64,000 bases of DNA from a virus: positions 10,973-74,972 of the IMG/VR virus record IMGVR_UViG_3300033145_001721. The stretch is one strand, 5' to 3'. Positions within the stretch are counted from its first letter, which is position 1, and every line of letters begins with the position of its first letter. The notes beneath the pieces are model-generated. The model was not told the DNA's origin and made no database searches. It saw nothing but the letters and a program-made list of their open reading frames with translations. Below are positions 38,180 to 48,185 of the stretch, piece after piece. Made by a program: the position numbers and the translations under genes.

Positions 38180-38601
38180 GCGAAAAACAAAATCCAGAAA
38201 TCCTGAAAGCTTGGAACGAAAGACAAAAGCTCTGGGCTGAAGGTGACAAGCTTTGGACGGAAGACTACAAGCTCAAAGCAGAAGGTGACAAGCTTTGGGC
38301 AAAAGGCAACAAGCTCAAAGCAGAAGGTGACAAGCTCTATGCAGAAGGCGACAAGCTCTGGGCAGAAGGCGACAAGCTCAGAGCAGAAGGCGACAAGCTC
38401 AGAGCAGAAGGCGACAAGCTCAGAGCAGAAAGCGACAAGCTCAGTGCTGAAGGCGACAAACTTTGGGCAAAAGGCAGCAAGATCCAAACAGAAGGAGACC
38501 TAATCTTCATCAACAAAGTCATCGAGATACATGGAAACATTGAAGTTGAATGGAAAGGGGGCGCCTGCTATCTCAACAATGGAGAAGTGTACGGCGCATA
38601 A
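38176..38601 (+). CDS. Heptad-repeat (KLxAEGD) coiled-coil protein
   Basis: 13 x 21-bp units at 38227-38499. Confidence 0.75.
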   Translation: MSEKQNPEILKAWNERQKLWAEGDKLWTEDYKLKAEGDKLWAKGNKLKAEGDKLYAEGDKLWAEGDKLRAEGDKLRAEGDKLRAESDKLSAEGDKLWAKGSKIQTEGDLIFINKVIEIHGNIEVEWKGGACYLNNGEVYGA

Positions 38602-38633
38602 ACCGAAACACCAAAAAGCATTGAGATTTAACC

Positions 38634-39467
38634 ATGAAACCTACCAAATCCAATAGCTTACGGCTCGATGGTAACACGATTGCTGAACTCCAACAATTCA
38701 ACACCATCAACGAGCTTGCTGTGTATATTTTCATCCGCTATGCACAAGCTTACACACCCCAAACAAAATACAGCAGCAAAACGTTGGTGAAACTATTGAG
38801 CATTGAACGGGAAGCCATACAAAATGCCATACAAAATCTGATCAGTTTGGATTTGGTAGGTTGGAAGAAGAAAAAACCTGGTGTTGCTTTGGTATTTGCT
38901 ATTGAAACTAAAACACCATCCCCCCTATATACCCCCCGACGGGAATATATCCCCCCCCCTAAAGGGGGGGTAATATATATTCCCTTTTCTGTGGTACGAA
39001 GTAAACACATACACCAAGGATTGCTAATACCTACATCACCAAATGATTACAAACATACACGTCAATACAAATTAGCCAGAAGGTTTTTCAATGCTATTCC
39101 ACTCAAAATAAAAAGACGAATGAATAGATTGCCCAAGAAAATCGATGGACATCGAGACTTTCGTTCTTGGGCTAAGGAATTCGCGCATGTACTCAATCGC
39201 AATTTATACACTACCAAAGAAATTCAAGGCGCTATTGACTGGTATGCAGATCATGTACTAGAACCTTACACACCCAAACTATATTCCGCCCGACGATTTT
39301 GCGATGAGTTATGGCGTGTGTTTGAATCGATGGAAAGAAGTCACAACAATATGCAACGCCAAGTAGTTGTGCCAAAAAGTCGAACGATTCGTAGGAAGGG
39401 ACGCAAAGAAATAGTCGAATTGCCATGGCTAGACCCAGAAACGCCTAGCAGCCCATATGAGCTGTGA
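38634..39467 (+). CDS. Replication initiator-like protein
   Basis: N-terminal wHTH-like segment, central low-complexity linker containing a palindrome, directly upstream of DnaB. Confidence 0.55.
   Translation: MKPTKSNSLRLDGNTIAELQQFNTINELAVYIFIRYAQAYTPQTKYSSKTLVKLLSIEREAIQNAIQNLISLDLVGWKKKKPGVALVFAIETKTPSPLYTPRREYIPPPKGGVIYIPFSVVRSKHIHQGLLIPTSPNDYKHTRQYKLARRFFNAIPLKIKRRMNRLPKKIDGHRDFRSWAKEFAHVLNRNLYTTKEIQGAIDWYADHVLEPYTPKLYSARRFCDELWRVFESMERSHNNMQRQVVVPKSRTIRRKGRKEIVELPWLDPETPSSPYEL
38941..38984. repeat. Imperfect palindrome with C9/G7 runs (origin candidate)
   Basis: gggaatatat ccccccccc taaa ggggggg taat atatattccc. Confidence 0.7.
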
Positions 39468-39584
39468 TATTTTTAAGGGTGTATAATGTTACCCCTGAGC
39501 CATAGAAAATCGATTGTACTGGCTGCTAGGCCCCTTATTAAGATAATATACGCTGCGATTTAATAGCCATAAAAGGATTCTACT

Positions 39585-40988
39585 GTGAAGATCCGGAAAT
39601 CACGCAACTCTGCTGATGAGCATACAGTACTTGCAGCCATGGTAATGGATGATGTAGTATGCGGTCGTGTGGCAAGTAAATGGAAGTCTGATGCATTCAA
39701 ATCGAAGTGGTCCAATCTGGTAGCAAGTTGGTGTGTCCGATATTACAACAAATATGAACATGCACCCAAACGTCGTATTCGCAATTTGTTTGAACGCTGG
39801 GCTGCAAAAACACAAGATGACTCACTGATTGAAAGTGTGGAAACGTTTTTGGAGGAAGTATCAGACGAATTTGTACATGATAAAATAAACACCAACACGG
39901 AATATGTACTTGATGCAGCAGGCCGATTGTTTAACAGCGTTCATCTGGAACGCTTGCGAAACGAAATCGAAGACAGTTTGGAAAATAGCGATCCTGAAAC
40001 TGCCATCGAAACAATCACCAATTGGAATCGTATCAATCTTGGTGTGGGTGAATGGATCGATCCGTTTACAGATCAAGCCGTGTTGAAACAAGCGTTTGCA
40101 CATTCTCATGATCCACTGATTCGTTATCCAGGTGACTTGGGTAAGTTTTTTGGTACACAATTAGAACGAGATGGATTGATTTCATTTGAAGGTCCAGAGA
40201 AGAGAGGAAAAACCTTCTGGCTTATGGATATGGTATTTCGCGCTGTATTACAACGCAGGCGTGTAGCATACTACCAAGCGGGGGATATGTCACAAGATCA
40301 AATTGTCCGTCGCATGGCCTCTCGCATTTCCCGTAGACCTATATACCCTGGTGTATTTCGATATCCCGAAAAACTGAAAGTGCAACATCGTGGGAAACTT
40401 ACTAAAGCCAGAGCTATACGCACACGTCGAACATTCAAACAAGGACTCAGTTGGCGACAAGTATACAAAGATGGTACGTCTTTCATGGCTAACAAAGCAA
40501 AAAGTGATCACAACCTGTTGCGTCTTTCCATTCATCCAAACGATAGTTTGCACGTACGTGATATTGATACCATGCTCAAAGAGTGGCAGCGCGACGGATG
40601 GCCGGTGGATGTTGTGGTGATTGACTACGCAGATATTTTGGACATGACGTATAATGGCATTGAGGGGCGTGATCGAATCAACCAAACGTGGAAAGATTTG
40701 CGGCGAATATCACAAGTATACCATTGTCTTGTCATCACCGCTACGCAAACTAACAGCAGTTCATATCAAGCTACCGTTATCGACCGCCAGCATTTTAGCG
40801 AAGACAAACGAAAACGAGCACACGTTACCGGATCAATAGGTCTCAACCAAACGGAGGAAGAAAAGAAGTCTGGCATCATGCGTTTGAATTGGGTAGTCAA
40901 GCGCGAAGGTGCTTATTTTCCGAGCAAATGTGTGTATGTAGCAGGGTGTCCCGAAATTGGAAACTTGGCAATCCAATCGAGCTTCTGA
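39585..40988 (+). CDS. dnaB: Replicative DnaB-like helicase
   Basis: GPEKRGKT, VVVIDYAD, ITATQTN, FSEDKRK. Confidence 0.85.
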   Translation: MKIRKSRNSADEHTVLAAMVMDDVVCGRVASKWKSDAFKSKWSNLVASWCVRYYNKYEHAPKRRIRNLFERWAAKTQDDSLIESVETFLEEVSDEFVHDKINTNTEYVLDAAGRLFNSVHLERLRNEIEDSLENSDPETAIETITNWNRINLGVGEWIDPFTDQAVLKQAFAHSHDPLIRYPGDLGKFFGTQLERDGLISFEGPEKRGKTFWLMDMVFRAVLQRRRVAYYQAGDMSQDQIVRRMASRISRRPIYPGVFRYPEKLKVQHRGKLTKARAIRTRRTFKQGLSWRQVYKDGTSFMANKAKSDHNLLRLSIHPNDSLHVRDIDTMLKEWQRDGWPVDVVVIDYADILDMTYNGIEGRDRINQTWKDLRRISQVYHCLVITATQTNSSSYQATVIDRQHFSEDKRKRAHVTGSIGLNQTEEEKKSGIMRLNWVVKREGAYFPSKCVYVAGCPEIGNLAIQSSF

Positions 40989-41156
40989 AATTATCAGGTT
41001 TAGATTATTGAATTTTTTTCTGCTTTCCTGGGCCAATATAGGTGGTTTTGAACAATTTTTGCAACTTTTCAGATTTTACACTAGTCAACTTGCGATAATC
41101 ATCGTAAACTATAGACAGTAAGAGACAAGTGAATACAGAACAGAAAGGGCAGAAAG

Positions 41157-41336
41157 ATGGTAGTACATACAAATCCAATCACGTTGGAAGCTGAGCAGTA
41201 CTTTGTTCACACAGACGAACGAACCGAGTACTTCGCCAGCTTGGATGCTGCTCAAGCCTTTATCGATATGCATTGTCTCAGCCGCATACACGGTAACAAC
41301 GTTGAGCGTCTGCTGCGAACCAACGCTATCAAATAA
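41157..41336 (+). CDS. Small hypothetical protein (59 aa)
   Basis: Not in the track. MVVHTNPITLEAEQYF...RTNAIK*; shares a 20-bp leader with the next gene. Confidence 0.6.
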   Translation: MVVHTNPITLEAEQYFVHTDERTEYFASLDAAQAFIDMHCLSRIHGNNVERLLRTNAIK

Positions 41337-41365
41337 AGTCAAACCCGAGCAGAAAGGGCAGAAAG

Positions 41366-41674
41366 ATGGAAAACATGATCAGTAAAATTGCCAGTGACAA
41401 CGCCATGCATCTTTTGGACTGTGCATCTGCACTAGAGGAAACCAAACGTGCGTACAAGATCGAATGTGACATCGATTTTGCAGCAAGTGATTTAGCGACC
41501 TCGCTCAAATCACTTCAGACCGAGATCAACGACTTGCAGGAATTCTTGAAGGGAGAACGCAGCCTCACCAACACCGGTATCAATCACTACGCAGACAATG
41601 TGAAAACTGCCGTGACCAAGTTGATGATCCTGATGCCACAGCGTAAACATCACAATCATCTACTCCAGGACTAA
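41366..41674 (+). CDS. Hypothetical coiled-coil protein
   Basis: Same 20-bp leader as the 41157 ORF. Confidence 0.6.
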   Translation: MENMISKIASDNAMHLLDCASALEETKRAYKIECDIDFAASDLATSLKSLQTEINDLQEFLKGERSLTNTGINHYADNVKTAVTKLMILMPQRKHHNHLLQD

Positions 41675-41779
41675 GTTAGAATGCCAGAATGGAAGAAAAG
41701 ACTAATCTTGTGTATAGCAGCGTATGTAGCGTTGCTGTTTTGAAACAATGCATTAACCTCCTTTGGAAAGGCAACAATC

Positions 41780-42352
41780 ATGGCAGCGAAAAAGACAAAC
41801 AAAACCGCACCGAAGGGAACCCACAAAAGCGCCCCGAAGGCACCCAAGACTCTGGTCGTGACTCGCAAGAACGGTGTGAGCCTGATGAAGACATTCGGAT
41901 TCACGGCACCCCACAAGCTCACCAACGAAAAACTGCTCATGCGGCTGCGTAAAATCGGTCAGTACATGGAAGCGTTTGAGGGCAAGCTGTCTGGTGATGA
42001 TCAAAAGCTGGTGGACACCATTATCGCTGCTGGCGATAATATCAGCGTTGACGTCAGCGATCCGGCATTCGCTGAGCCGAAGAACCCGGACGGAAAGAAA
42101 ACGGATACAAAAAAGAAGTCAGCCAAAAAGACGGCCAAGAGGATTGATTGCGTATGTGCCATGCTCAAGAAACTACCAGACAAGGGCGCTTCTATCGAGC
42201 AAGTGGCGAAGCTCGCCAACCAGATGTATGTGAAAGGTGGTGGGGATGACAATGTCAAACAGACCATCCATCACTTGCGTGTGGTGATGCCCACGCTCCA
42301 GAATTTCGACATTATCAAAGTTGAGGATGGCAAACTCTTTCCGGTCAAGTAA
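41780..42352 (+). CDS. Lys-rich putative DNA-binding protein
   Basis: GAAAGG RBS, histone-H1-like Lys/Ala stretches, C-terminal wHTH-like segment, own terminator. Confidence 0.6.
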   Translation: MAAKKTNKTAPKGTHKSAPKAPKTLVVTRKNGVSLMKTFGFTAPHKLTNEKLLMRLRKIGQYMEAFEGKLSGDDQKLVDTIIAAGDNISVDVSDPAFAEPKNPDGKKTDTKKKSAKKTAKRIDCVCAMLKKLPDKGASIEQVAKLANQMYVKGGGDDNVKQTIHHLRVVMPTLQNFDIIKVEDGKLFPVK

Positions 42353-42367
42353 GATTCTTTCTGTTCG

Positions 42368-42408
42368 AAGCCCCGGTCGGTTTTATCACTCGCTGACCGG
42401 GGCTTTTT
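42368..42408 (+). terminator. Rho-independent terminator
   Basis: aagccccggtc ... gaccggggctt followed by a T run. Confidence 0.85.
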
Positions 42409-42636
42409 CATTGGCCTTCCAAATAGCCCCTTCTAAGCTGTAGTCCCTCCGCATCCACACCGATATACCCTCAAACGACATATAGCCCACTACGCGGGTC
42501 GTCTGTGGCCTAAAATCAAAAGGTATGGGCTGTGCCGGACGCCCTTTAGCCAGAATATTCTTTGTATTAGTCTGAATTCTCTTCTTTGCGATAATATCTG
42601 TAGAGTCCAGTTGATATTTGTTAGGAGCCAAATTCA

Positions 42637-43686
42637 ATGAAAGAATACAAAAACCCGTTTTGCATACGCCACGCCCACATGAGTTGCCCACTACCAATAA
42701 CCCTAGAATCCTATTGGGCTTGTGAAGCTGACTGCCATCACTGCCCAGGTCATAAGCTGAATGAAATATGGGGGAAAGAGCAACGAGTCACTGATCCAGT
42801 CAAAGCCATACACAAATTACACAACGCTCTGCGAAACCCCCACCCACGCAGTCCCCTAGCGGTTGCACTGGCCATGAAGAAGACACTCTGGCTGGGAAGA
42901 AAGACTGATCCCTACCAACCGTTGGAGGCTAGAACTAAAACCACTAGAACCATCGTCCGTGGCTTGAACAAATTGAAGTGGTCGTATGTAGTTTGCTCTC
43001 GGTATACTGATCTGATGAGGCGCGATGAAGATCTATTTCGTCAAGGGCAATCAACATTACTGGTGGAAATCACTCCAGGTGGAGAAAGTGATTGGTCTTT
43101 ATTTGAACGTAAGCGAACTACCCCAATAGAATTTCGATTGTCAGCAGCTGCTCGTTGGAATGCTCTTGGTATAAATGTTGGTGTTCGGGGAGAACCTTTT
43201 ATTCCCGGTTATCATACACCTAAACAATTTGAAGATATGCTGCGAAGGCTGAAAAGCTATGGATTGTATAGCTACAATACATACAATCTCCATCTGAACG
43301 AATACAATGCACGCAGGTTGAGCAGTATTGGATTGGACATAGAAAAGATTTGGCATCATAATCAAGATCGGTTGTGGCGACCGATACAACGCCAGCTTTG
43401 TGAAATAGCTGACAAACAAGGTATCATTCTAGGCTGTCCCGATTTCGTCAACGTGCCAAAAGGATGGTGCAGTCGTACCAATACGTGTTGTGGTGTATCT
43501 GTACCTAACCCATTCAAATTCAATACACACTGGTGGCGCAGGCTTTTGCAAAATGGTAAAACCCCTGAACAAACCATCAAGAAAACATGGGAAGGTATAG
43601 GTACAGAGGATGATCAGCAGGAAGGTCGAGCGATAATATTAGGAACGAGTAAAAACAAATATACAATAAAGGATGCTGAGTTATGA
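42637..43686 (+). CDS. Radical SAM protein (SPL/COG1533-like) 1
   Basis: LESYWACEADCHHC (CxxxCxxC), GRKTDPYQPLE, RGEPFIPG, NTCCG. Confidence 0.85.
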   Translation: MKEYKNPFCIRHAHMSCPLPITLESYWACEADCHHCPGHKLNEIWGKEQRVTDPVKAIHKLHNALRNPHPRSPLAVALAMKKTLWLGRKTDPYQPLEARTKTTRTIVRGLNKLKWSYVVCSRYTDLMRRDEDLFRQGQSTLLVEITPGGESDWSLFERKRTTPIEFRLSAAARWNALGINVGVRGEPFIPGYHTPKQFEDMLRRLKSYGLYSYNTYNLHLNEYNARRLSSIGLDIEKIWHHNQDRLWRPIQRQLCEIADKQGIILGCPDFVNVPKGWCSRTNTCCGVSVPNPFKFNTHWWRRLLQNGKTPEQTIKKTWEGIGTEDDQQEGRAIILGTSKNKYTIKDAEL

Positions 43687-44408
43687 TCTATACTATTGGA
43701 AACCAAAAGTTGGATATACCTGAAACCGGATCAAAGCGGAAGATACGAACACCACGTCAGGTTGTACCATGGCGGGACATGGCTGAAACTTGTCGCAATG
43801 TAGATGCAATTTGCAGCATTATTCAAAAACCTCCGTGTACAATTGTGGACGGTATAGCGCGTGCTGGATTTTGGGGTGCTGTGTTTCGTAACAGGTGGCC
43901 CAAATGTAAACTGCTGATGAATGGAGAGAAAGAAGATTGCATACGTGTTCTCAAACAAAATTTCCCTCAAGATAGACACGTTCAAAAAAATATCAAACAT
44001 TGGTGTCCTCCCGTATCTGATTTAGCCATATTAGATTTTGATAAGTTCACACTGAAAAAGATGGACCAATGGGAAAGGGTTTTGTCTACATGGGCGGCAA
44101 GAACGCAGCACTTTATATTTGTGGATGGTGCTTGTTTTGGATTTAAGTTTGGTACATTAAAATCCTACAATATAAGCAATCCCAATGAGTATTACTATTT
44201 GTTGAACGAGCGTTTGAAAAAAATTATAAGCAAAAGAATTGTAGCTGTATCTGCATTTGGTAACGCTGCTACAATTCTTATGCAAGACCGACACCCCCGC
44301 AAAATCAAATTTGTACCCCCAACAAATTTATCTTTATCACGGGGAAATAAAGTCTACAAATTCAACCCCAATCCTAAAAGGTCTAGGCTTGGATTAGTTA
44401 ACAAATGA
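43683..44408 (+). CDS. Class I SAM-methyltransferase-like fold protein
   Basis: TIVDGIARAGFWG (degenerate motif I), C...LKQNF, DLAILDF. Confidence 0.45.
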   Translation: MIYTIGNQKLDIPETGSKRKIRTPRQVVPWRDMAETCRNVDAICSIIQKPPCTIVDGIARAGFWGAVFRNRWPKCKLLMNGEKEDCIRVLKQNFPQDRHVQKNIKHWCPPVSDLAILDFDKFTLKKMDQWERVLSTWAARTQHFIFVDGACFGFKFGTLKSYNISNPNEYYYLLNERLKKIISKRIVAVSAFGNAATILMQDRHPRKIKFVPPTNLSLSRGNKVYKFNPNPKRSRLGLVNK

Positions 44409-45400
44409 TAAATTGGACTGATGTATTGTCGGATGTTCAAGAGTTCAAATGCAAGAAAAAGACTCTTGGACAGCTAAATTGCTTAGCTGTTGATTCTCTA
44501 TACGGATCAATGTGGGGACTCAATCATCGATACATGACTTTGCAGCAAGCTCTGACCAAAGATTTTTCAAGTATAACTGCTTACGCAATTCGTCGCATTC
44601 ATCGCTTACTGGAAATTGGTCCTGTTTCATTTCGTCCTCGCAAACTTCCAAAAGTTCGTCGTATAGGATTCGGCACATATGGATGGAAGTACGACTCTGA
44701 ACTCATAGCTTTAGCGGTCAAGCATAACCTTCTGATTGATACTGCCGAAGGTTATGGCTATGGCAAAGTGGAAACTGAATTAGGCAAAGCTTTGGTACAT
44801 CACAACGCTGAAGTCACTACCAAGGTATCACGATCTCACATGTCCCCAAAAGCTTTGCCATCAGCTGCACTCCGCAGCCGTAACAAACTTGGACTTATTC
44901 CTCACTACCAACTCCACTTTCCTCATAGCCTATATTCCGATGAGCAAATTGGGCAGTCGTTAGTACAAGTCCGTGAATCCAAAACGATCCAATCTATTGG
45001 GCTTGGCAATTGCAGCGTAGATATGATTGAATCTATGCAAGCTTTTCTGTCAGATTATTCTGGTGATGTTATTCGTAGTGTTCAAATGCGATACAATTTG
45101 GCCGACCGAAGAATTGAAAATGCATTGATGCCTTATTGTCGAAAAAGAGGCATTGCGATAATAGCTTACAGTCCGTTGGGTCAAAAGTTTTCTACTTTGC
45201 AAACACCCACATTGAGTCATATAGCGCGGCGCTATCATTGTACGACGGCACAGATTGCTTTGGCTTGGGTGTTGCGAATGCCTGGGATTATACCTATCCC
45301 CCGTACTAATAATGTAGATCATTTGAAAGACAATATAAAGGCACTTAGTATTCATTTGACCAAAAACGAAATACACAAACTCAACAACGCTTATTTATGA
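44405..45400 (+). CDS. Aldo/keto reductase with an N-terminal extension
   Basis: IGFGTY, IDTAEGYG...ETELG, TTKV, YQLHFP, SIGLGN, AYSPLG, AQIALAW, PIPRT...HLKDN. Confidence 0.9.
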   Translation: MINWTDVLSDVQEFKCKKKTLGQLNCLAVDSLYGSMWGLNHRYMTLQQALTKDFSSITAYAIRRIHRLLEIGPVSFRPRKLPKVRRIGFGTYGWKYDSELIALAVKHNLLIDTAEGYGYGKVETELGKALVHHNAEVTTKVSRSHMSPKALPSAALRSRNKLGLIPHYQLHFPHSLYSDEQIGQSLVQVRESKTIQSIGLGNCSVDMIESMQAFLSDYSGDVIRSVQMRYNLADRRIENALMPYCRKRGIAIIAYSPLGQKFSTLQTPTLSHIARRYHCTTAQIALAWVLRMPGIIPIPRTNNVDHLKDNIKALSIHLTKNEIHKLNNAYL

Positions 45401-45407
45401 GGATGTT

Positions 45408-46808
45408 ATGGACTACTATGAATTGCGATCCGTTTTAAGTCGCATTATCCCACGTGAAACTTCATTGGTACCAACACACCATATGGTTAACGCCATAAAA
45501 GAAAAAGGGCGCAAACAAAACTACTCTGAATATAAATTGAACCAAGATAAATGGGTGAAACAAGAACGACTATTGAATGATCAAGAGATTTCTTCATTTA
45601 TTGAAATCAGCTGCCGTGCAGCTGCGTGTCCAATGCCACTGAATTTGGATATCTGGGATGGTATTCTTTGTCCTTATGGATGTAAATACTGTTTCGCCAA
45701 TCTATTTCGCGCATCTCTTTACACCGCCTTTTTTGATAATAGCAAAACACTAGGGCTGCGACATTGTAACCCTACAAAATACAAAAAGGAAATGGACAAA
45801 CTTTTCAAGCATCGGGGAGAAAATCCACATGACGTTTCCAATTCTTTAGCCAAAGCCATCGCCATGGGATTGCCTATTCGCTTCGGAATTCGCTTTGAGG
45901 ATTTTATAAAAGCAGAAGAACGACATGGCGTCAGCTTAGAGTTAATGAATTATTTAGCTGATCACAAATATCCCCTAATGATCAACACTAAATCAGATTT
46001 GGTATGTCATGATGAATATGTAGATGCCATGATTCGAACAAAATCAGCTGTTCACGTAACACTCATATCCAGTAACAATAAAATCTTGAAAGCGTTAGAG
46101 CCCAATGCACCTTCCTATGAACGCCGATTGGAAGCTATGCGAATTCTTTCTGCTGCAGGTATCAGAGTTGTTGCCCGCATTGAACCCTATCTGGTATATG
46201 TTACAGATCAAAAGGAGGATGTTGAAAAATACATCAAAGACGTTTGGGATGCAGGTGTACGAAACATCACCTTTGATAACTATTCGTACAGTGCGAAAAA
46301 CCCAGGTATCCGTCAAGCGTTTCGGAATGAAGGTATTGATTTTGATCGGTTGTTTTTGTTGGGGTGTGATTCACAACCACTCAGCAGCTTATTGTTGGGT
46401 TCGTTTATGCAGATGTTTCGTGATGCAGGTTTCAGCTGTTCGACTTTTGACATGGGTAATGTTCCGGATAACGATCAGAATATATGTTGCGAAGTCGGTG
46501 ATTGGTTTGGTTCCGGATTCAATTATGGTTGTGCTGTTATGGCTGCCAGATTCATTCAAAGTCGTAAAGGGCGTGAAACAACATGGAAGAATTTTGAAAG
46601 TTGGGTGGATGATCACGGAGGTTTTCTCCGTGATACATTGAAGCATGAAGTTCATCAACTGTGGAATTGCGAAGGGCTAGATGCATACAGTCATAGTTGG
46701 GCTAGAGGATTGGAAGCTGTGGGCAGCGATAGTTCAGGTTTAGTGTGGGTTTGGCATGATACGGACTTCCGATTGGATCTCTACGATAATATAGCTAGAG
46801 GTTTGTAG
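45408..46808 (+). CDS. Radical SAM protein (SPL/COG1533-like) 2
   Basis: CPYGCKYC, INTKS, LEPNAPSYERRL, RVVARIEP, NICCE. Confidence 0.88.
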   Translation: MDYYELRSVLSRIIPRETSLVPTHHMVNAIKEKGRKQNYSEYKLNQDKWVKQERLLNDQEISSFIEISCRAAACPMPLNLDIWDGILCPYGCKYCFANLFRASLYTAFFDNSKTLGLRHCNPTKYKKEMDKLFKHRGENPHDVSNSLAKAIAMGLPIRFGIRFEDFIKAEERHGVSLELMNYLADHKYPLMINTKSDLVCHDEYVDAMIRTKSAVHVTLISSNNKILKALEPNAPSYERRLEAMRILSAAGIRVVARIEPYLVYVTDQKEDVEKYIKDVWDAGVRNITFDNYSYSAKNPGIRQAFRNEGIDFDRLFLLGCDSQPLSSLLLGSFMQMFRDAGFSCSTFDMGNVPDNDQNICCEVGDWFGSGFNYGCAVMAARFIQSRKGRETTWKNFESWVDDHGGFLRDTLKHEVHQLWNCEGLDAYSHSWARGLEAVGSDSSGLVWVWHDTDFRLDLYDNIARGL

Positions 46809-46843
46809 ATTTCAAAGGTTGAACAAAAACGAAAGGTCTGATC

Positions 46844-47269
46844 ATGGGTAAGGGACATACAGCACAAAACAGCAATTTAAGATTTACAAAGGCTGAAATG
46901 TGTTTACTTCTCAGTATATTTATACGGGGATGCCCGCCTCGTGTAATAAGATATATAGCAGAGATATTAGGTCGTTCGATTGAATCTATAGAGAGAGTAA
47001 AGCGTCGGTTATTATACGATGGTAGTGTTGAAGACTATGGGCACCCCCGTAGTTATTTGCAACCACCCAATTCCAACCCATGGACGACTTTAACAGGTTT
47101 CGCAAAGGAATACATTGAGGTACAATATTTTAATCCTCATATCAAATGTTCCGTTTCAAAAATCAGCCAAAAAACAGGAATTCCAGAAGCTATTATTCAA
47201 GCAGAAGTTGACAAAGAGATCATTTCAAGAAACCGAAAAATCAAGAGGCACAAAAAGTTACTATCATAA
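46844..47269 (+). CDS. Hypothetical protein, HTH-like
   Basis: IAEILGRSIESIER and KISQKTGIPE; GAAAGG RBS. Confidence 0.5.
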   Translation: MGKGHTAQNSNLRFTKAEMCLLLSIFIRGCPPRVIRYIAEILGRSIESIERVKRRLLYDGSVEDYGHPRSYLQPPNSNPWTTLTGFAKEYIEVQYFNPHIKCSVSKISQKTGIPEAIIQAEVDKEIISRNRKIKRHKKLLS

Positions 47270-47296
47270 CCATCATCTACTAAAAGGGACAACCAT

Positions 47297-48034
47297 ATGA
47301 GCAAAATAAATGATCGCATCGAAACTATATTTTCACATGCTGTTGCACTCCAGCAGAGTGGACGCTTACGCAATACAATTTATTGTCGAGGATCATTTGT
47401 CTACATCTTCAACCAAGATCATACAGTGTTGATGCGATTCACTATTCCCTCTGCAAGTGTCAAATTCAAACACCCTATAAGCTTCTTTGCCAACGACTAT
47501 GACAGTCGTCGTTTCACGGAGAAAGATGGGTGCATTTGTTTTATCCAAACAAGTAGTGACAACACCCACGAATATGTGCGTGTAAAATCTTGCCGCGTCC
47601 CGAATTTCAAAACCACAGACATCAAAAAGCTATTCGATAAGTATGAATCAAGATTTAAGAAGGTCAATGGCGTTGAAATATCTGAAGCTTTTTGTCAGTT
47701 TCTCGACAGTGCTTTGAGCCATGTCGAATTCAGTAGTAAAGACGGAAAACTTATTGGCGTCCAGCGTAACATTTACACGGGTGCGGCAACAACAATCACA
47801 CAAAATAAGAAGCAACAAAAACTTTTGACATCGGAATCAAAATTACGAAACTTCGAGCCTATCGGATTGCGAACCAATGACTTCACAGCAATATTTACAT
47901 TTGCAAAGTCTGTACAATTTTGGTTCGGCCGCAAGGGCACCGTTCGTTTTTGCAGCAAAGATCCTCGTATGCCCTTTGTGGGTTTCATTAGCCAATGTAT
48001 GTATGATGAATTAGGAGTAGACTATGGGAGGTAA
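47297..48034 (+). CDS. Possible sliding-clamp-like protein (two-domain size)
   Basis: 245 aa; helix-strand pattern IFSHAVAL...IYC....YIFNQDHTVLMRF and C-terminal RTNDF..IF...SVQFWF reminiscent of PCNA/gp45; fold not confirmed. Confidence 0.35.
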   Translation: MSKINDRIETIFSHAVALQQSGRLRNTIYCRGSFVYIFNQDHTVLMRFTIPSASVKFKHPISFFANDYDSRRFTEKDGCICFIQTSSDNTHEYVRVKSCRVPNFKTTDIKKLFDKYESRFKKVNGVEISEAFCQFLDSALSHVEFSSKDGKLIGVQRNIYTGAATTITQNKKQQKLLTSESKLRNFEPIGLRTNDFTAIFTFAKSVQFWFGRKGTVRFCSKDPRMPFVGFISQCMYDELGVDYGR

Positions 48035-48185
48035 ATCACGAAAGACCGGGGGCATCAGTCTCAAACTGATCCAGAAAATAGCAAACCGAACCAATACAGG
48101 TAAAAGCTGTGGAACCAAAAAAAATCAATCAAAACAGCGTCTTGGTTTATCTGAAAATTCTACAGATGACAAAGGTTCATCCTAA
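48024..48185 (+). CDS. Small basic peptide (53 aa)
   Basis: Not in the track. AGGAG RBS at 48013; MGGKSRKTGGISLKLIQKIANRTNTGKSCGTKKNQSKQRLGLSENSTDDKGSS*. Confidence 0.55.
   Translation: MGGKSRKTGGISLKLIQKIANRTNTGKSCGTKKNQSKQRLGLSENSTDDKGSS

Noticed and set aside
37828-38540. Several overlapping repeat ORFs (ELVAFCS, QKATSS, SLSPSA)
   Set aside because: Alternative frames of the 21-bp repeat; only 38176..38601 has an RBS and non-repeat flanks.
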